A stretch of DNA of 61,453 bases, counting the filler, from Nemertoderma westbladi (Eukaryota; Animalia; Xenacoelomorpha), in assembly GCA_032718475.1 (NCBI GenBank). It is 3 parts of 3 records of this genome, joined end to end, with 100 filler letters (N's around TTAATTAATTAA, not from the genome) between each part and the next. Parts side by side here need not be neighbours in the genome. Positions count along the whole stretch, not along the records: positions 20,018 to 44,695 come from JAUCBJ010004231.1; 2 more parts are not named here. The stretch is one strand, 5' to 3'. Made by a program: the position numbers and the translations under genes. The stretch's first letter is position 1. Each line of letters starts with the position of its first letter. Below the pieces are notes generated by a model, which did no database searches, had not been told where the DNA came from, and was given only the letters and a program-made list of their open reading frames with translations. Shown piece by piece: positions 24,495 through 36,725 of the stretch.

Positions 24495-24740
24495 AATATA
24501 TATATTGAATGGGAGAATCTTTTAGGCTCATTAAGCCAAGGAATGCCTGTTCACCACCATGGGTGATCCACCACAGTAAACCCTTCCACTCTGTTTCCCA
24601 AGTTGCCTTGGTTCCCACTGAAGGATGAAATCCAGGGTTGGGCTAGGCTGCAGCATTTACAGCACCGTGCCCAAACAGTGCTGCCCTATCTAGGGATCGA
24701 ACCAAGGGCTCCATAATTGAAGGGCTGACCATAAAAAGGT
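24495..24740 (-). mobile_element. Probable tRNA-derived SINE
   Basis: Minus strand B box ggttcgatccc followed by a ~190-bp GC-richer body ending in (TA)n. Confidence 0.4.
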
Positions 24741-25102
24741 CCTTATGTGACCAAAGTGTCATTCAGAGATAATCACACTTTTGCGTTTTTTTTTACCTAC
24801 ACATTATAGTTGATGTTGGCATTCTGTATTTTTGCATGCAAGTACTTGTACATAGATGTACTTCAAAATCTTTACTTTCAAAATTTTTTTTTTTCAAAAA
24901 CTTCAAAATTGTTTCGCATATATCAGGCAGTACTGTACATAGGACTATTTTACTCCAGGATATCAGGCAGTATTGTACATAAGACCTTTTTTGTTTATGT
25001 CTATGCGATTTTTACTGTATGTATATATCTATGACTATTTTACTCCAGGATATCAGGCAGTATTGTTCATATGATCTCAGAACCTTATTGGTAAGTTAAG
25101 TT

Positions 25103-25380
25103 AGGTCTCATAGGGAGACAGGGGGGGGGGGGGGGGACTGGACGCAAAACCTGCCTTGGCGAATTAATATCCCGCCTCAATGTTAAATTCTCAATTTAGG
25201 GAAAGGAGAAGGTTACAGTGGCACGTTATAGTAACCAAAACAATAAACTAAACACGATAGAACAGGTTACAGTTTTATTTTTTTAGAATAATTATCTGTT
25301 ATTTGCGTCCAATTTCCCCTGGAGAGGGATGCATTTTTATTGCGTCCAGTTTCCCCACCCCCCATCTGCTCATATGACCT
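25103..25380. mobile_element. G-tract MITE family copy
   Basis: Poly-G + actggacgcaa ... ttgcgtccagt + C-tract inverted ends; the interior is homologous to the other three copies. Confidence 0.8.
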
Positions 25381-26199
25381 CTGTATGAGTATAACTCTGA
25401 ATCTAAGAAAATGTCACATACGACCTTTTTATGCTTAGCTCTTCAATTGGAAGCCCAGGAATAAATATAATAATAATATAATTAAAAATTATAAAAATGA
25501 TTAAATATCATTATATATATCAGCAGGAAATAGCATAAAATAATATATATTTAATTAACAAGTTAATATTTATTCATTTATATAAGGTGCAACATATATA
25601 AGAGGACATCAGTTTTACAATGATACTATTATATACCGGTAGTGAGTTAATTCAAGTATACAAGAGTTAAAATACACAATTGTTATCAAATTAAAAGTAC
25701 TAAATAACTAAATAATGTTACACTGCCTTCTTACAACCCAAATGAATATTATATATTCTATAGAACAAATATATTAAAATTATACAAATACAATTATGCA
25801 AAGTAGAATAGCCCGTTTCACTAAACGCCACGCAATACATAATTCAGCCCTATTATGGAAGAAGGCAAAATGTCTGTTGCAGCCAGAAATACATTATCTT
25901 GGAATATTCAACAACGGACCATAGAGGCCGGAGGTGGTTATAACCAGCTGCTATGGAGGAGTAAGTTATCCATGGCAGCTCAGGGCAGCTCACCTGGGAC
26001 ACCACCAAGGCAACCGCCTTCCTCATACATCGTTGGAACTACGGAGCACAACGTAATACTGGGAAGCTGCAACAAACTGACCAATCACACGCCCAACACC
26101 AGAACTATCAACACCATGGATACATCAATTAAATATATAAATAGTAGCGCATAGTACTATAATATTAATAAATGGGGGGTTATAGAGAGATCGCCGGCT

Positions 26200-27955
26200 G
26201 GAGCTCTAAGGTATAATAAGTAAATTAGTATGGGATTCTCTGTAGGTATATAAAGGAGCTCTAAGGGAAAATAAGTTAATTAGTATGGGATTCTCTGTAG
26301 GTATATAAAGGAGCTCTAAGGGAAAATAAGTAAATTAGTATGGTATTCTCTGTAGGTATATAAAGGAGCTCTAAGGGATAATAAGTAAATTAGTATGGGA
26401 TTCTCTGTCGGTATATAAAGGAGCTCTAAGGTATAATAAGTAAATTAGTATGGGATTCTCTGTCGGTATATAAAGGAGCTCTAAGGGATAATAAGTAAAT
26501 TAGTATGGGATTCTCTGTAGGTATATAAAGGAGCTCTAAGGTATAAGTAAATTAGTATGGGATTCTCTGTAGGTATATAAAGGAGCTCTAAGGGATAATA
26601 AGTAAATTAGTATGGGATTCTCTGTAGGTATATAAAGGAGCTCTAAGGGAAAATAAGTAAATTAGTATGGGATTCTCTGTCGGTATATAAAGGAGCTCTA
26701 AGGTATAATAAGTAAATTAGTATGGGATTCTCTGTCGGTATATAAAGGAGCTCTAAGGGATAATAAGTAAATTAGTATGGGATTCTCTGTAGGTATATAA
26801 AGGAGCTCTAAGGTATAATAAGTAAATTAGTATGGGATTCTCTGTAGGTATATAAAGGAGCTCAAAGGTATAAGTAAATTAGTATGGGATTCTCTGTAGG
26901 TATATAAAGGAGCTCTAAGGGATAATAAGTAAATTAGTATGGGATTCTCTGTCGGTATATAAAGGAGCTCTAAGGTATAATAAGTAAATTAGTATGGGAT
27001 TCTCTGTCGGTATATAAAGGAGCTCTAAGGGATAATAAGTAAATTAGTATGGGATTCTCTGTAGGTATATAAAGGAGCTCTAAGGTATAATAAGTAAATT
27101 AGTATGGGATTCTCTGTAGGTATATAAAGGAGCTCTAAGGGATAATAAGTAAATTAGTATGGGATTCTCTGTAGGTATATAAAGGAGCTCTAAGGGATAA
27201 TAAGTAAATTAGTATGGGATTCTCTGTAGGTATATAAAGGAGCTCTAAGGGAAAATAAGTAAATTAGTATGGGATTCTCTGTAGGTATATAAAGGAGCTC
27301 TAAGGGATAATAAGTAAATTAGTATGGGATTCTCTGTAGGTATATAAAGGAGCTCTAAGGGAAAATAAGTAAATTAGTATGGGATTCTCTGTAGGTATAT
27401 AAAGGAGCTCTAAGGGATAATAAGTAAATTAGTATGGGATTCTCTGTCGGTATATAATGGAGCTCTAAGGGAAAATAAGTAAATTAGTATGGGATTCTCT
27501 GTAGGTAATAGGTATATAAAGGAGCTCTAAGGGATAATAAGTAAATTAGTATGGGATTCTCTGTCGGTATATAAAGGAGCTCTAAGGTATAATAAGTAAA
27601 TTAGTATGGGATTCTCTGTCGGTATATAAAGGAGCTCTAAGGGATAATAAGTAAATTAGTATGGGATTCTCTGTAGGTATATAAAGGAGCTCTAAGGTAT
27701 AAGTAAATTAGTATGGGATTCTCTGTAGGTATATAAAGGAGCTCTAAGGGATAATAAGTAAATTAGTATGGGATTCTCTGTAGGTATATAAAGGAGCTCT
27801 AAGGGATAATAAGTAAATTAGTATGGGATTCTCTGTCGGTATATAAAGGAGCTCTAAGGTATAATAAGTAAATTAGTATGGGATTCTCTGTAGGTATATA
27901 AAGGAGCTCTAAGCGAAAATAAGTAAATTAGTATGGGAATCTCTGTCGGTAAATA
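26200..27955. repeat. 55-bp satellite, ~32 units
   Basis: ggagctctaagggataataagtaaattagtatgggattctctgtaggtatataaa repeated with few variants. Confidence 0.97.
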
Positions 27956-30322
27956 AAGCTGTTGGTTGTGTTGCCATAGTGATACTGATTGCAGGAGTGT
28001 TGTGTTATTAAATATACTAATTTATAGTCGTATCCTTCCGATATAAGGCGATATAGATGGATTGGGTCTGTCTACAGGCATCGTAATCAATTATAGTACC
28101 TAATGAACTATACTGAAATAAAGATATAAATTCCACATCTAATGATTGTCTGCTGTCCTGCTCCAAGTTCAGTATAATTGTGTTGACTGGTCTGGCCTGC
28201 TCCAAGTTCAGTCGGATTGTGTTGAGTTTGGTCTGGCCTGCTCCAACATCAGTACGATTGTGTTGACTTTGGTCTGGCCTGCTCCAAGATCAGTATGATT
28301 GTGTTGACTTTGGTCTGGCCTGCTCCAAGTTCAGTAGGATTGTGTTGACTTTGGTCTGGCCTGCTCCAAGATCAGTATGATTGTGTTGACTTTGGTCTGG
28401 CCTGCTCCAAGTTCAGTAGGATTGTGTTGACTTTGGTCTGGCCTGCTCCAAGATCAGTATGATTGTGTTGACTTTGGTCTGGCCAGCTCCAAGTTCAGTC
28501 GGATTGTGTTGACTTTGGTCTGGCCTGCTCCAAGTTCAGTATGATTGTGTCGACTTTGGTCTGGCCTGCTCCAAGTTCAGTATGATTGTGTTGACTTTGG
28601 TCTGGCCTGCTCCAAGTTCAGTAGGGTCTGGCCTGCTCCAAGTTCAGTATGATTGTGTTGACTTTGGTCTGGCCTGCTCCAAGTTCAGTATGATTGTGTT
28701 GACTTTGGTCTGGCCTGCTCCAAGTTCAGTATGATTGTGTTGACTTTGGTCTGGCCTGCTCCAGGTTCAGTAGGATTGTGTTGACTTTGGTCTGGCCTGC
28801 TCCAAGATCAGTATGATTGTTTTGACTTTGGTCTGGCCTGCTCCAAGTTCAGTAGGATTGTGTTGACTTTGGTCTGGCCTGTTCCAAGATCAGTATGATT
28901 GTGTTGACTTTGGTCTGGCCTGCTCCAAGTTCAGTATGATTGTGTTGACTTTGGTCTGGCCTGCTCCAAGTTCAGTATGATTGTGTTGACTTTGGTCTGG
29001 CCTGCTCCAAGTTCAGTATGATTGTGTTGACTTTGGTCTGGCCTGCTCCAAGTTCAGTATGATTGTGTTGACTTTGGTCTGGCCTGCTCCAAGTTCAGTA
29101 TGATTGTGTTGACTTTGGTCTGGCCTGCTCCAAGTTCAGTCGGATTGTATTGACTTTGGTCTGGCCTGCTCCAAGTTCAGTCGGATTGTATTGACTTTGG
29201 TCTGGCCTGCTCCAAGTTCAGTATGATTGTGTTGACTTTGGTCTGGCCTGCTCCAAGTTCAGTAGGATTGTGTTGACTTTGGTCTGGCCTGCTCCAAGAT
29301 CAGTATGATTGTGTTGACTTTGGTCTGGCCTGCTCCAAGTTCAGTAGGATTGTGTTGACTTTGGTCTGGCCTGCTCCAAGATCAGTATGATTTTGTTGAC
29401 TTTGGTCTGGCCAGCTCCAAGTTCAGTCGGATTGTGTTGACTTTGGTCTGGCCTGCTCCAAGTTCAGTATGATTGTGTCGACTTTGGTCTGGCCTGCTCC
29501 AAGTTCAGTATGATTGTGTTGACTTTGGTCTGGCCTGCTCCAAGTTCAGTAGGATTGTATTGACTTGGGTCTGGCCTGCTCCAAGTTCAGTATGATTGTG
29601 TTGACTTTGGTCTGGCCTGCTCCAAGTTCAGTATGATTGTGTTGACTTTGGTCTGGCCTGCTCCAAGTTCAGTATGATTGTGTTGACTTTGGTCTGGCCT
29701 GCTCCAGGTTCAGTAGGATTGTGTTGACTTTGGTCTGGCCTGCTCCAAGATCAGTATGATTGTTTTGACTTTGGTCTGGCCTGCTCCAAGTTCAGTAGGA
29801 TTGTGTTGACTTTGGTCTGGCCTGTTCCAAGATCAGTATGATTGTGTTGACTTTGGTCTGGCCTGCTCCAAGTTCAGTATGATTGTGTTGACTTTGGTCT
29901 GGCCTGCTCCAAGTTCAGTATGATTGTGTTGACTTTGGTCTGGCCTGCTCCAAGTTCAGTATGATTGTGTTGACTTTGGTCTGGCCTGCTCCAAGTTCAG
30001 TATGATTGTGTTGACTTTGGTCTGGCCTGCTCCAAGTTCAGTATGATTGTGTTGACTTTGGTCTGGCCTGCTCCAAGTTCAGTCGGATTGTATTGACTTT
30101 GGTCTGGCCTGCTCCAAGTTCAGTCGGATTGTATTGACTTTGGTCTGGCCTGCTCCAAGTTCAGTATGATTGTGTTGACTTTGGTCTGGCCTGCTCCAAG
30201 TTCAGTATGATTGTGTTGACTTGGGTCTGGCCTGCTCCAAGTTCAGTAGGATTGTATTGACTTTGGTCTGGCCTGCTCCAAGTTCAGTCGGATTGTGTTG
30301 ACTTTGGGTCTGGCCTGCTCCA

Positions 30323-32009
30323 CTACTACTACTAGGATCGGCATGCTGCATTGCAGCTGCATTTTTAAGAATGCTGTGCCGGCTTGTCAACAAAATTGCA
30401 CCGCCACAACTCCCTATCACCCATGACATTTGCTAGATCATCCGCATCTTCAAGGCCAGTGTCCTTTAAGATGCGTCTCAAGAAAGTCATGCGCTGTCCA
30501 CCATGTTTATTCACTCCATGAGGCTGCCAAAGTACAAGATTATGCACTGGCTGATCCTCACGGTGAAAGCAATGTCCTGCAAAGCGGAGGCGATTTTGTT
30601 CTAGTGTCAAGCTTGGGGGAACCAATGAGACACCTCCAATGTTATATAGTGTCTGGTTGGAGATGTGTGCATTGTACTTGACACAATGAACCCGGCGTAG
30701 CATTCTTGTGAATGTGCCATCCAGAGATTTGGTGTCCTCAGCAGTTAGAGCCCAGCATGGACTCCCATAGAGGAGTACTGGAACTACTGCTGCTCTAAAT
30801 AATCGGACCTTAAGTTTCCGATTAATTCTCGGTGACTTCCAAATCCTGGAAAGCCTATTCAAGGCTGCCCATGCCTTTCACTTACGTATTCGAAGGTCCT
30901 CACCTGACTTCCGGATCCATGATCCCAGGTAACAGAAGTCGTCCACATGCTCAAGCATACCATCCTTTGAGCTTATGCTCATCCGATCAGAGACTTGCTG
31001 AGGACTTTCAAAGTTAACTGTCAAAATTTTGGTCTTTCTGGAGTTAATAAAAAGACCAACACAAGAAGCAGCATGTTCTAATGAGCTGAGGAGCCGTTGG
31101 GCTCCCTCTAATGATTCTGAGAGTACTCCTAAGTCATCAGCAAAGTCTAGATCCGTTAGGTACTTGGAAGGATTTCCTCGACTTCTGGAGCCAGTAGGTG
31201 GAGTTATCATCACCCCATCATCATTCTGATGATCTAAGGACATGCGTAGAACATAGTCAACCACAATAATGAACAAGAATGGTGCAAGTGTGTCTCCTTG
31301 GAGGACGCCCCATAACACTTCAAATGGTTCTGTGTCACCGTCAACAGTAGACACAAATGTTGTCGAACCATCGTATACTGATCTGATTGCTGCAATAATT
31401 TCATCAGGAATCCCATATAATGAAAGTATGATGAACATACGTGAGCGAGAGACTGAATCAAAGGCCTTGAAGAAGTCAACAAAGATAACAGGCAGATGCC
31501 TGTCTTTCTTTTTTGATAATTCTTCAATTATCCTTCTAAGTGCCAAAATGGGCTCCATGGTCCCACGACCTTTACGGAACCCATTCTGATTTCCACGGAG
31601 CAGTCTCTCAATGGGATCCCTGATGCGATTTAATAGAATCCTATTGTATAGCTTTGCAGCAATCGAGATCAATGAGATTCCCCTAAAAGAACCATAGAGT
31701 GTTAGGTTGCCCTTCTTGGGAACTGGCACCAACTTATTTGTTTTCATTTCTTGTGGGACTCTTATTGTTCGGTACATGTCTACTATGATGGGATAGATGA
31801 GCTTTAAACACTCAGGTATTTTAAAGACCTCAGGGGGAACACCATCTACTCCACTGGCACGATTGGTCTTAATGCTCTTTGCAGCAGCCTTCACTTCTGC
31901 AAAGGAGATATCGCCAATGGGAATATCTGGGAGTACAGACTCAGACACTTTTACTTCTATAAAGTTATCAGGCAATACCCTGTCATTATTGAGGAGCTTT
32001 TCAAAGTGG
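30323..32009 (-). mobile_element. Young 5'-truncated RTE-clade LINE with (TAG)n tail and 6-bp TSD
   Basis: GCTCCA at 30317-30322 and 32010-32015; tail ctactactacta at 30323-30334 on the plus strand; RT ORF inside. Confidence 0.95.
30365..31975 (-). pseudogene. RTE reverse transcriptase, two ORFs (30878-31975 and 30365-30862) split by one frameshift
   Basis: FRGISL, QNGFR, FVDFFKAFDSV, GVLQGDTLAPFLF, DFADD, FCYLGS; then VLLYGSPCW, RLRFAGHCF. Confidence 0.93.
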
Positions 32010-33089
32010 GCTCCAAGTTCAGTAGGATTGTATTGACTTTGGTCTGGCCTGCTCCAAGTTCAGTCGGATTGTGTTGACTTTGGGTCTGGCCTGCTCCAAG
32101 TTCAGTCGGATTGTATTGACTTTGGTCTGGCCTGCTCCAAGTTCAGTTGGATTGTGTTGACTTTGGTCTGGCCTGCTCCAAGTTCAGTCGGATTGTATTG
32201 ACTTTGGTCTGGCCTGCTCCAAGTTCAGTCGGATTGTGTTGACTTTGGGCTGGCCTGCTCCAAGTTCAGTACCGGTATGATTGTGTTGACTTTGGTCTGG
32301 CCTGCTCCAAGTTCAGTATGATAGTGTTGACTTTGGTCTGGCCTGCTCCAAGTTCAGTATGATTGTGTTGACTTTGGTCTGGCCTGCTCCAAGTTCAGTC
32401 GGATTGTATTGACTTTGGTCTGGCCTGCTCCAAGTTCAGTCGGATTGTATTGACTTTGGTCTGGCCTGCTCCAAGTTCAGTCGGATTGTGTTGACTTTGG
32501 TCTGGCCTGCTCCAAGTTCAGTATGATTGTGTTGACTTTGGTCTGGCCTGCTCCAAGTTCAGTCGGATTGTGTTGACTTTGGTCTGGCCTGCTCCAAGTT
32601 CAGTATGATTGTGTTGACTTTGGTCTGGCCTGCTCCAAGTTCAGTATGATTGTGTTGACTTTGGACTCAGGCCTTTGCGCAGCATGTGAAATGCTTTGAA
32701 ACTGTAAAAGGTTTTGAAACTGTTCTGAAGCCTTTGCTGCTTTTCGATCGTCGCAATTTTCTAACCATGCAAACACGAATTGTTGAAACAATTCAGAGGC
32801 CTTCGTGCAGCATGGGAAATGCTGTAAAGGACTGTTGAAACGGTTTAAATATAAGGTCTGAAGGTATACAGACAGATACTGAAACCAAATGCCAAATAAT
32901 ATAAATGATCAGACCACCCTGAAGACATTCAGTAGCTGTTAACTTGCCAAGCCAATCGCCAATACTGATAAACAACAACACTCAGACATTGGGAGGTATA
33001 AGAGATGGTTGGATGGAGAACTATTATTATTTATTTATTACTTCTTTATTTATTTCTGCTAGTCAACACAAGTCGGTCGTGCTGGTCTT

Positions 33090-33385
33090 AAGGAACATAG
33101 ATAGGGGGGGGGGGGGGGGGGGGGGGGGGTGGGGACTGGACGCAATAAAAATTCATCCCTCTCCAGGGGAAATTGGACGCAAAGAACAGATGATTACTCT
33201 CAAAAATAAAACTGTAGGCCTAACCTGTTCCATTGAGTTTAGTTTATTTTTCTGGTTTAAAATAACGTGCCGCTGTAACCTGCTCCTTTCCCTAAATTGA
33301 GAATTTAACAATGAGGCGGGATATTAATTCGTCAAGGCGGGGTTTTGCGTCCAATTCCCCCCCCCCCCCACACCCCTGTCTCAAG
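33090..33385. mobile_element. G-tract MITE family copy
   Basis: Poly-G + actggacgcaa ... ttgcgtccaatt + poly-C; reverse complement of 25103-25380. Confidence 0.8.
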
Positions 33386-33619
33386 GCAGCAGGAATCAGA
33401 GATGCTAAATGTATTGTTACCAAATTATTAAAAGCTGTTACACAGTATGTTGTAGATAAGACTGTAAGTGTAATATATATTAGAAAAACATTAGGCCTAC
33501 ACGTAATCCAGTAATATGTCAGTATGTAGCTTTGTCAGGTATAAATTATAGTTATATGAGTAAAAAAATGAGTATAGTCTATAGGGTGGCGTGGCCCAAC
33601 CCCACACTTCTGTTCTCAT

Positions 33620-33899
33620 CATTACATGTCAATTTTGACATGTATGTCAATTTTAACATGAGAAAAACTTTAAGTAGTTATATTAACTAAACGGCACGGT
33701 GAAAAAAGTTTCTAATTTACTTATAATTTCGATATTTATATTTAAAATACACGTCTGGAAATATTTCAACACGTCAGGTAAAAAAATGTCAATATTGACA
33801 TGTCCATGTCAATTTTGACATGCCCCATCCTGGAGAAATTAGCTCTACATGTCAATATTGAGTATTGACACATGTCAATATTGACAAAGTGCCCGACTG
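33620..33899. mobile_element. Right end of a third CAGTCGG-type element with ATGTCAAT(A/T)TTGACAT palindromes
   Basis: About six palindrome copies, ending ...gtcaatattgacaaagtgcccgactg (rc CAGTCGGGCAC...). Confidence 0.6.
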
Positions 33900-36374
33900 A
33901 TCGTTGGGATAACTATCATTAATATTAAAAGTAAAAATTGTCACCTTATGTGCCCAGCTTCTGCTTTGAGGACTAGTTATGTTACAGCCAAAATGAAAAT
34001 ATGTCCGAAAATATAATCACAGCCTGTGAAGGACAAATAGTGGCTGCACGGACACTTTCTGGCTGTAAATATGTGGATAATTTTTGGCTGAGCTTCAGCC
34101 AGAAAGTGACCAGTGTTCCTAACTGGTCTGCCCGTGCCAGCGTGCACCGTGACTGGTGACAGCCGGTACCGGATACATGACTTTTCGTACCGGTACCCAG
34201 ATAGGCCTATTTTTTGGGACTTTTTGTCCGCGACATTTCGAAAACAGTTAGGAACACTGGCAGTCGGTGAGAAGTCAAAAATTGGACTTCAAGTCCAATT
34301 TTAGACTTCAAGTCCAATTTTGGACTCCAAAGTCCAATATTGGACTTTAGTACAACTCCAAGTGTAGGTAACCATGCTGCCATACTGTATATCGGTATTT
34401 CAATCAAAACTGCATCCTGAATCAGTACATATATATTACATAATTACAATGCAACATTATTTTAATGATCAAATTAATAATTATAAGTATTATACAGTTA
34501 TAACTTATAAGCAGGGATCGCACACGTACAGTCAGACATCAGTAGTTACTTTTTGCGGTAGTGGTATGGCTTTGCGGTAGTAGCCTTACTGCCTTAGCGG
34601 TGATGGTGAATACCGCAGTAGCGGTAGTTGAGTTATAGCTGTATAGTTCATTCATACCCATACCTAGCGCCAATACCTGTCTGCCTGTGGTATTTTCGTA
34701 TGGCAAAAATAAGACTACTGTAAACTGTAACCTATTATGTTATTGAGTTAATGTTAATTGACTAATTGTTTTGATTAGGTTCACTGTGTCAAGTACAATG
34801 CACACATCTCCAACCAGACACTATATAACATTGGAGTTGGAGGTGTCTCATTAGTTCCCCCAAGCTTGACACTAGAACAAAGCCGCCTCCGCTTTGCAGG
34901 ACATTGCTTCCGCCGTGGGGACCAGCCAGTGCACCTCATGGAGTGAATAAGCATGGTGGACAGCCCATGACTTTCTTGAGACGCATCTTTCTTACTGTCT
35001 CAAAGGACACTGGCCTTGAAGATGTGGATGATCTAGCAAAAGTCATGGGTGATAAGGCTGTAAGAGTGTAAGGGAGTTGTGCAGGCTCACTTTTGTCAAC
35101 AAGCCGGGACAGCATTCTTAATAGGGCCTATAATGCAGCTGCAATGCAGCATGCCGATTGCTGGATTGTAGTTAGTAGTATGTGGTGATAGGGCTCCTTC
35201 CCGATCCTGGCCGATTATTGTTTTAGTTAGAAAAGCCTGCCTCTGTAACCTGTTCCTTTCCCTCAGCCTCAATTGGTTTATGACGTGTGTTGTACTTATT
35301 ATGTGGAGACCCCAACACGTTAATCAGTTAATCCCCTTTCATTATCCAGCCGTTTTAAAATACCCTTCCTGTTGTATGGAAAACTTAGAAGAGATGGTGG
35401 TAGCATCAACTTTGTAGTATTTCTTTCTGATAGGGCTCCCATAGGCTTAGACGAAATCGTAGCTTGTACTGTGTACTGTAGTTAGCCTTAGCACTGCAGC
35501 AGCGCAGCTGGCAGTTGGCAAACCTGGCATTGCTACCAGTTTCCACCAAATATAATTTGTAATTAAATATTTATTGGAGCATAATCTAATCTAGTCCTAA
35601 AGACCTGCGTAAAGTCCTGGGTACATAAGGCTGTAAGGTTAGACATAACATGAATGTAAACAATATGCTAAAAGTAAAGTACAAAGTACCTAGAATGCTA
35701 GAATGTACCATTATATTCTAAGTACAGTACACTGAAGATACATACAGAGCTGCAAAGGTAACTTTCCATAACTTAATAATAGCTGTCTGGCTGTCTCTCA
35801 TCTGTTATGCTTCATGTACATTTAAGTTTGATTCTCAATGTCGCGTCCAAAATTGGACTTAAAGTCCAATATTGGACTTTTGTAAAAATTTAAAGCCTTA
35901 TAAAAAAAGTTCCCCCTGGTGAATTTCAGGTCCCCCTGTTCAAAACTCTTATTTTTTGATATATTTTCGATTAAAAAAAAAAATCCCGCCCGATCCAATT
36001 ACCCAAGGCCCTGGAACAATTGGCTGATTTGAAGTCCAATATTGGACTCACAGAAGTCCAATTTTGGACTTGAACTGGAGTCGAAGTCCAATTTTGGACT
36101 CAAGTCCAATTTTTGACTTCTCACCGACTGACTGGTCACTTTCTGGCTGAAGCTCAGCCAAAAATTATCCACATATTTACAGCCAGAAAGTCTGAAAGTG
36201 TCCGTGCAGCCACTATTTGTCCTTCACAGGCTGTGATTACTGGATTATATTTTCGGACATATTTTGGCTGTAACTTCACTAGTCCTCAAAACAGAAGCTG
36301 GGCTGCTGGGCACATGAGGTGACAATTTTTACTTTTAATAATATTAATGATAGTTATCCCTGTATCCCAACGAT
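33900..36374. mobile_element. Palindromic element with ~225-bp arms, right arm split by the 1.9-kb element
   Basis: 33900-34125 is the reverse complement of 34245-34260 joined to 36136-36374. Confidence 0.85.
34261..36130. mobile_element. 1.9-kb CAGTCGG DNA element (copy 2) with the same internal RTE fragment (34777-35180)
   Basis: Same TIRs and interior as 11631-13565; TSD ACTGG at 34256-34260 and 36131-36135. Confidence 0.93.
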
Positions 36375-36725
36375 GAGATTCAGAGATTCTAATTCTCAAA
36401 TTAATTTATACAGAATTTTATGGCGGTTCTAATGGCATAACTGCATAATTTTTAGAATGCCAATGTTAAAATTTCACTGCCGGTTTTCAAATGAAATTTA
36501 GCATTGTTTTCTGTGGATAAATTTCACTCTGAGAGCATTTTCCGCGGACACATTCTGGCTGTAAATTGGACAATTTGTGACCAGTGTTCCTGACTGGAAA
36601 AGTCCCAGAACAGCAGAAGGAAACGTCCTGCTGCCTGCAGTCTTGCTAGATCTGGTAAGGTAGGCGTAACAGCCTAATGCAATGCAGTAGGCAGTGGGCT
36701 GGTAGGCCTAATGTTTAATTCCATA

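Larger units (their letters stand above)
28155..32665. repeat. 41-bp satellite interrupted by an RTE LINE
   Basis: ctggcctgctccaagttcagtatgattgtgttgactttggt units at 28155-30322 and 32010-32665. Confidence 0.97.

Noticed and set aside
25855-26154. 99-aa ORF upstream of the 55-bp satellite
   Set aside because: No recognisable domain or splice context, and the length is compatible with chance.
26200-32665. CRISPR-like appearance of the 55-bp and 41-bp arrays
   Set aside because: Head-to-tail monomers without unique spacers, no cas genes, eukaryotic context.
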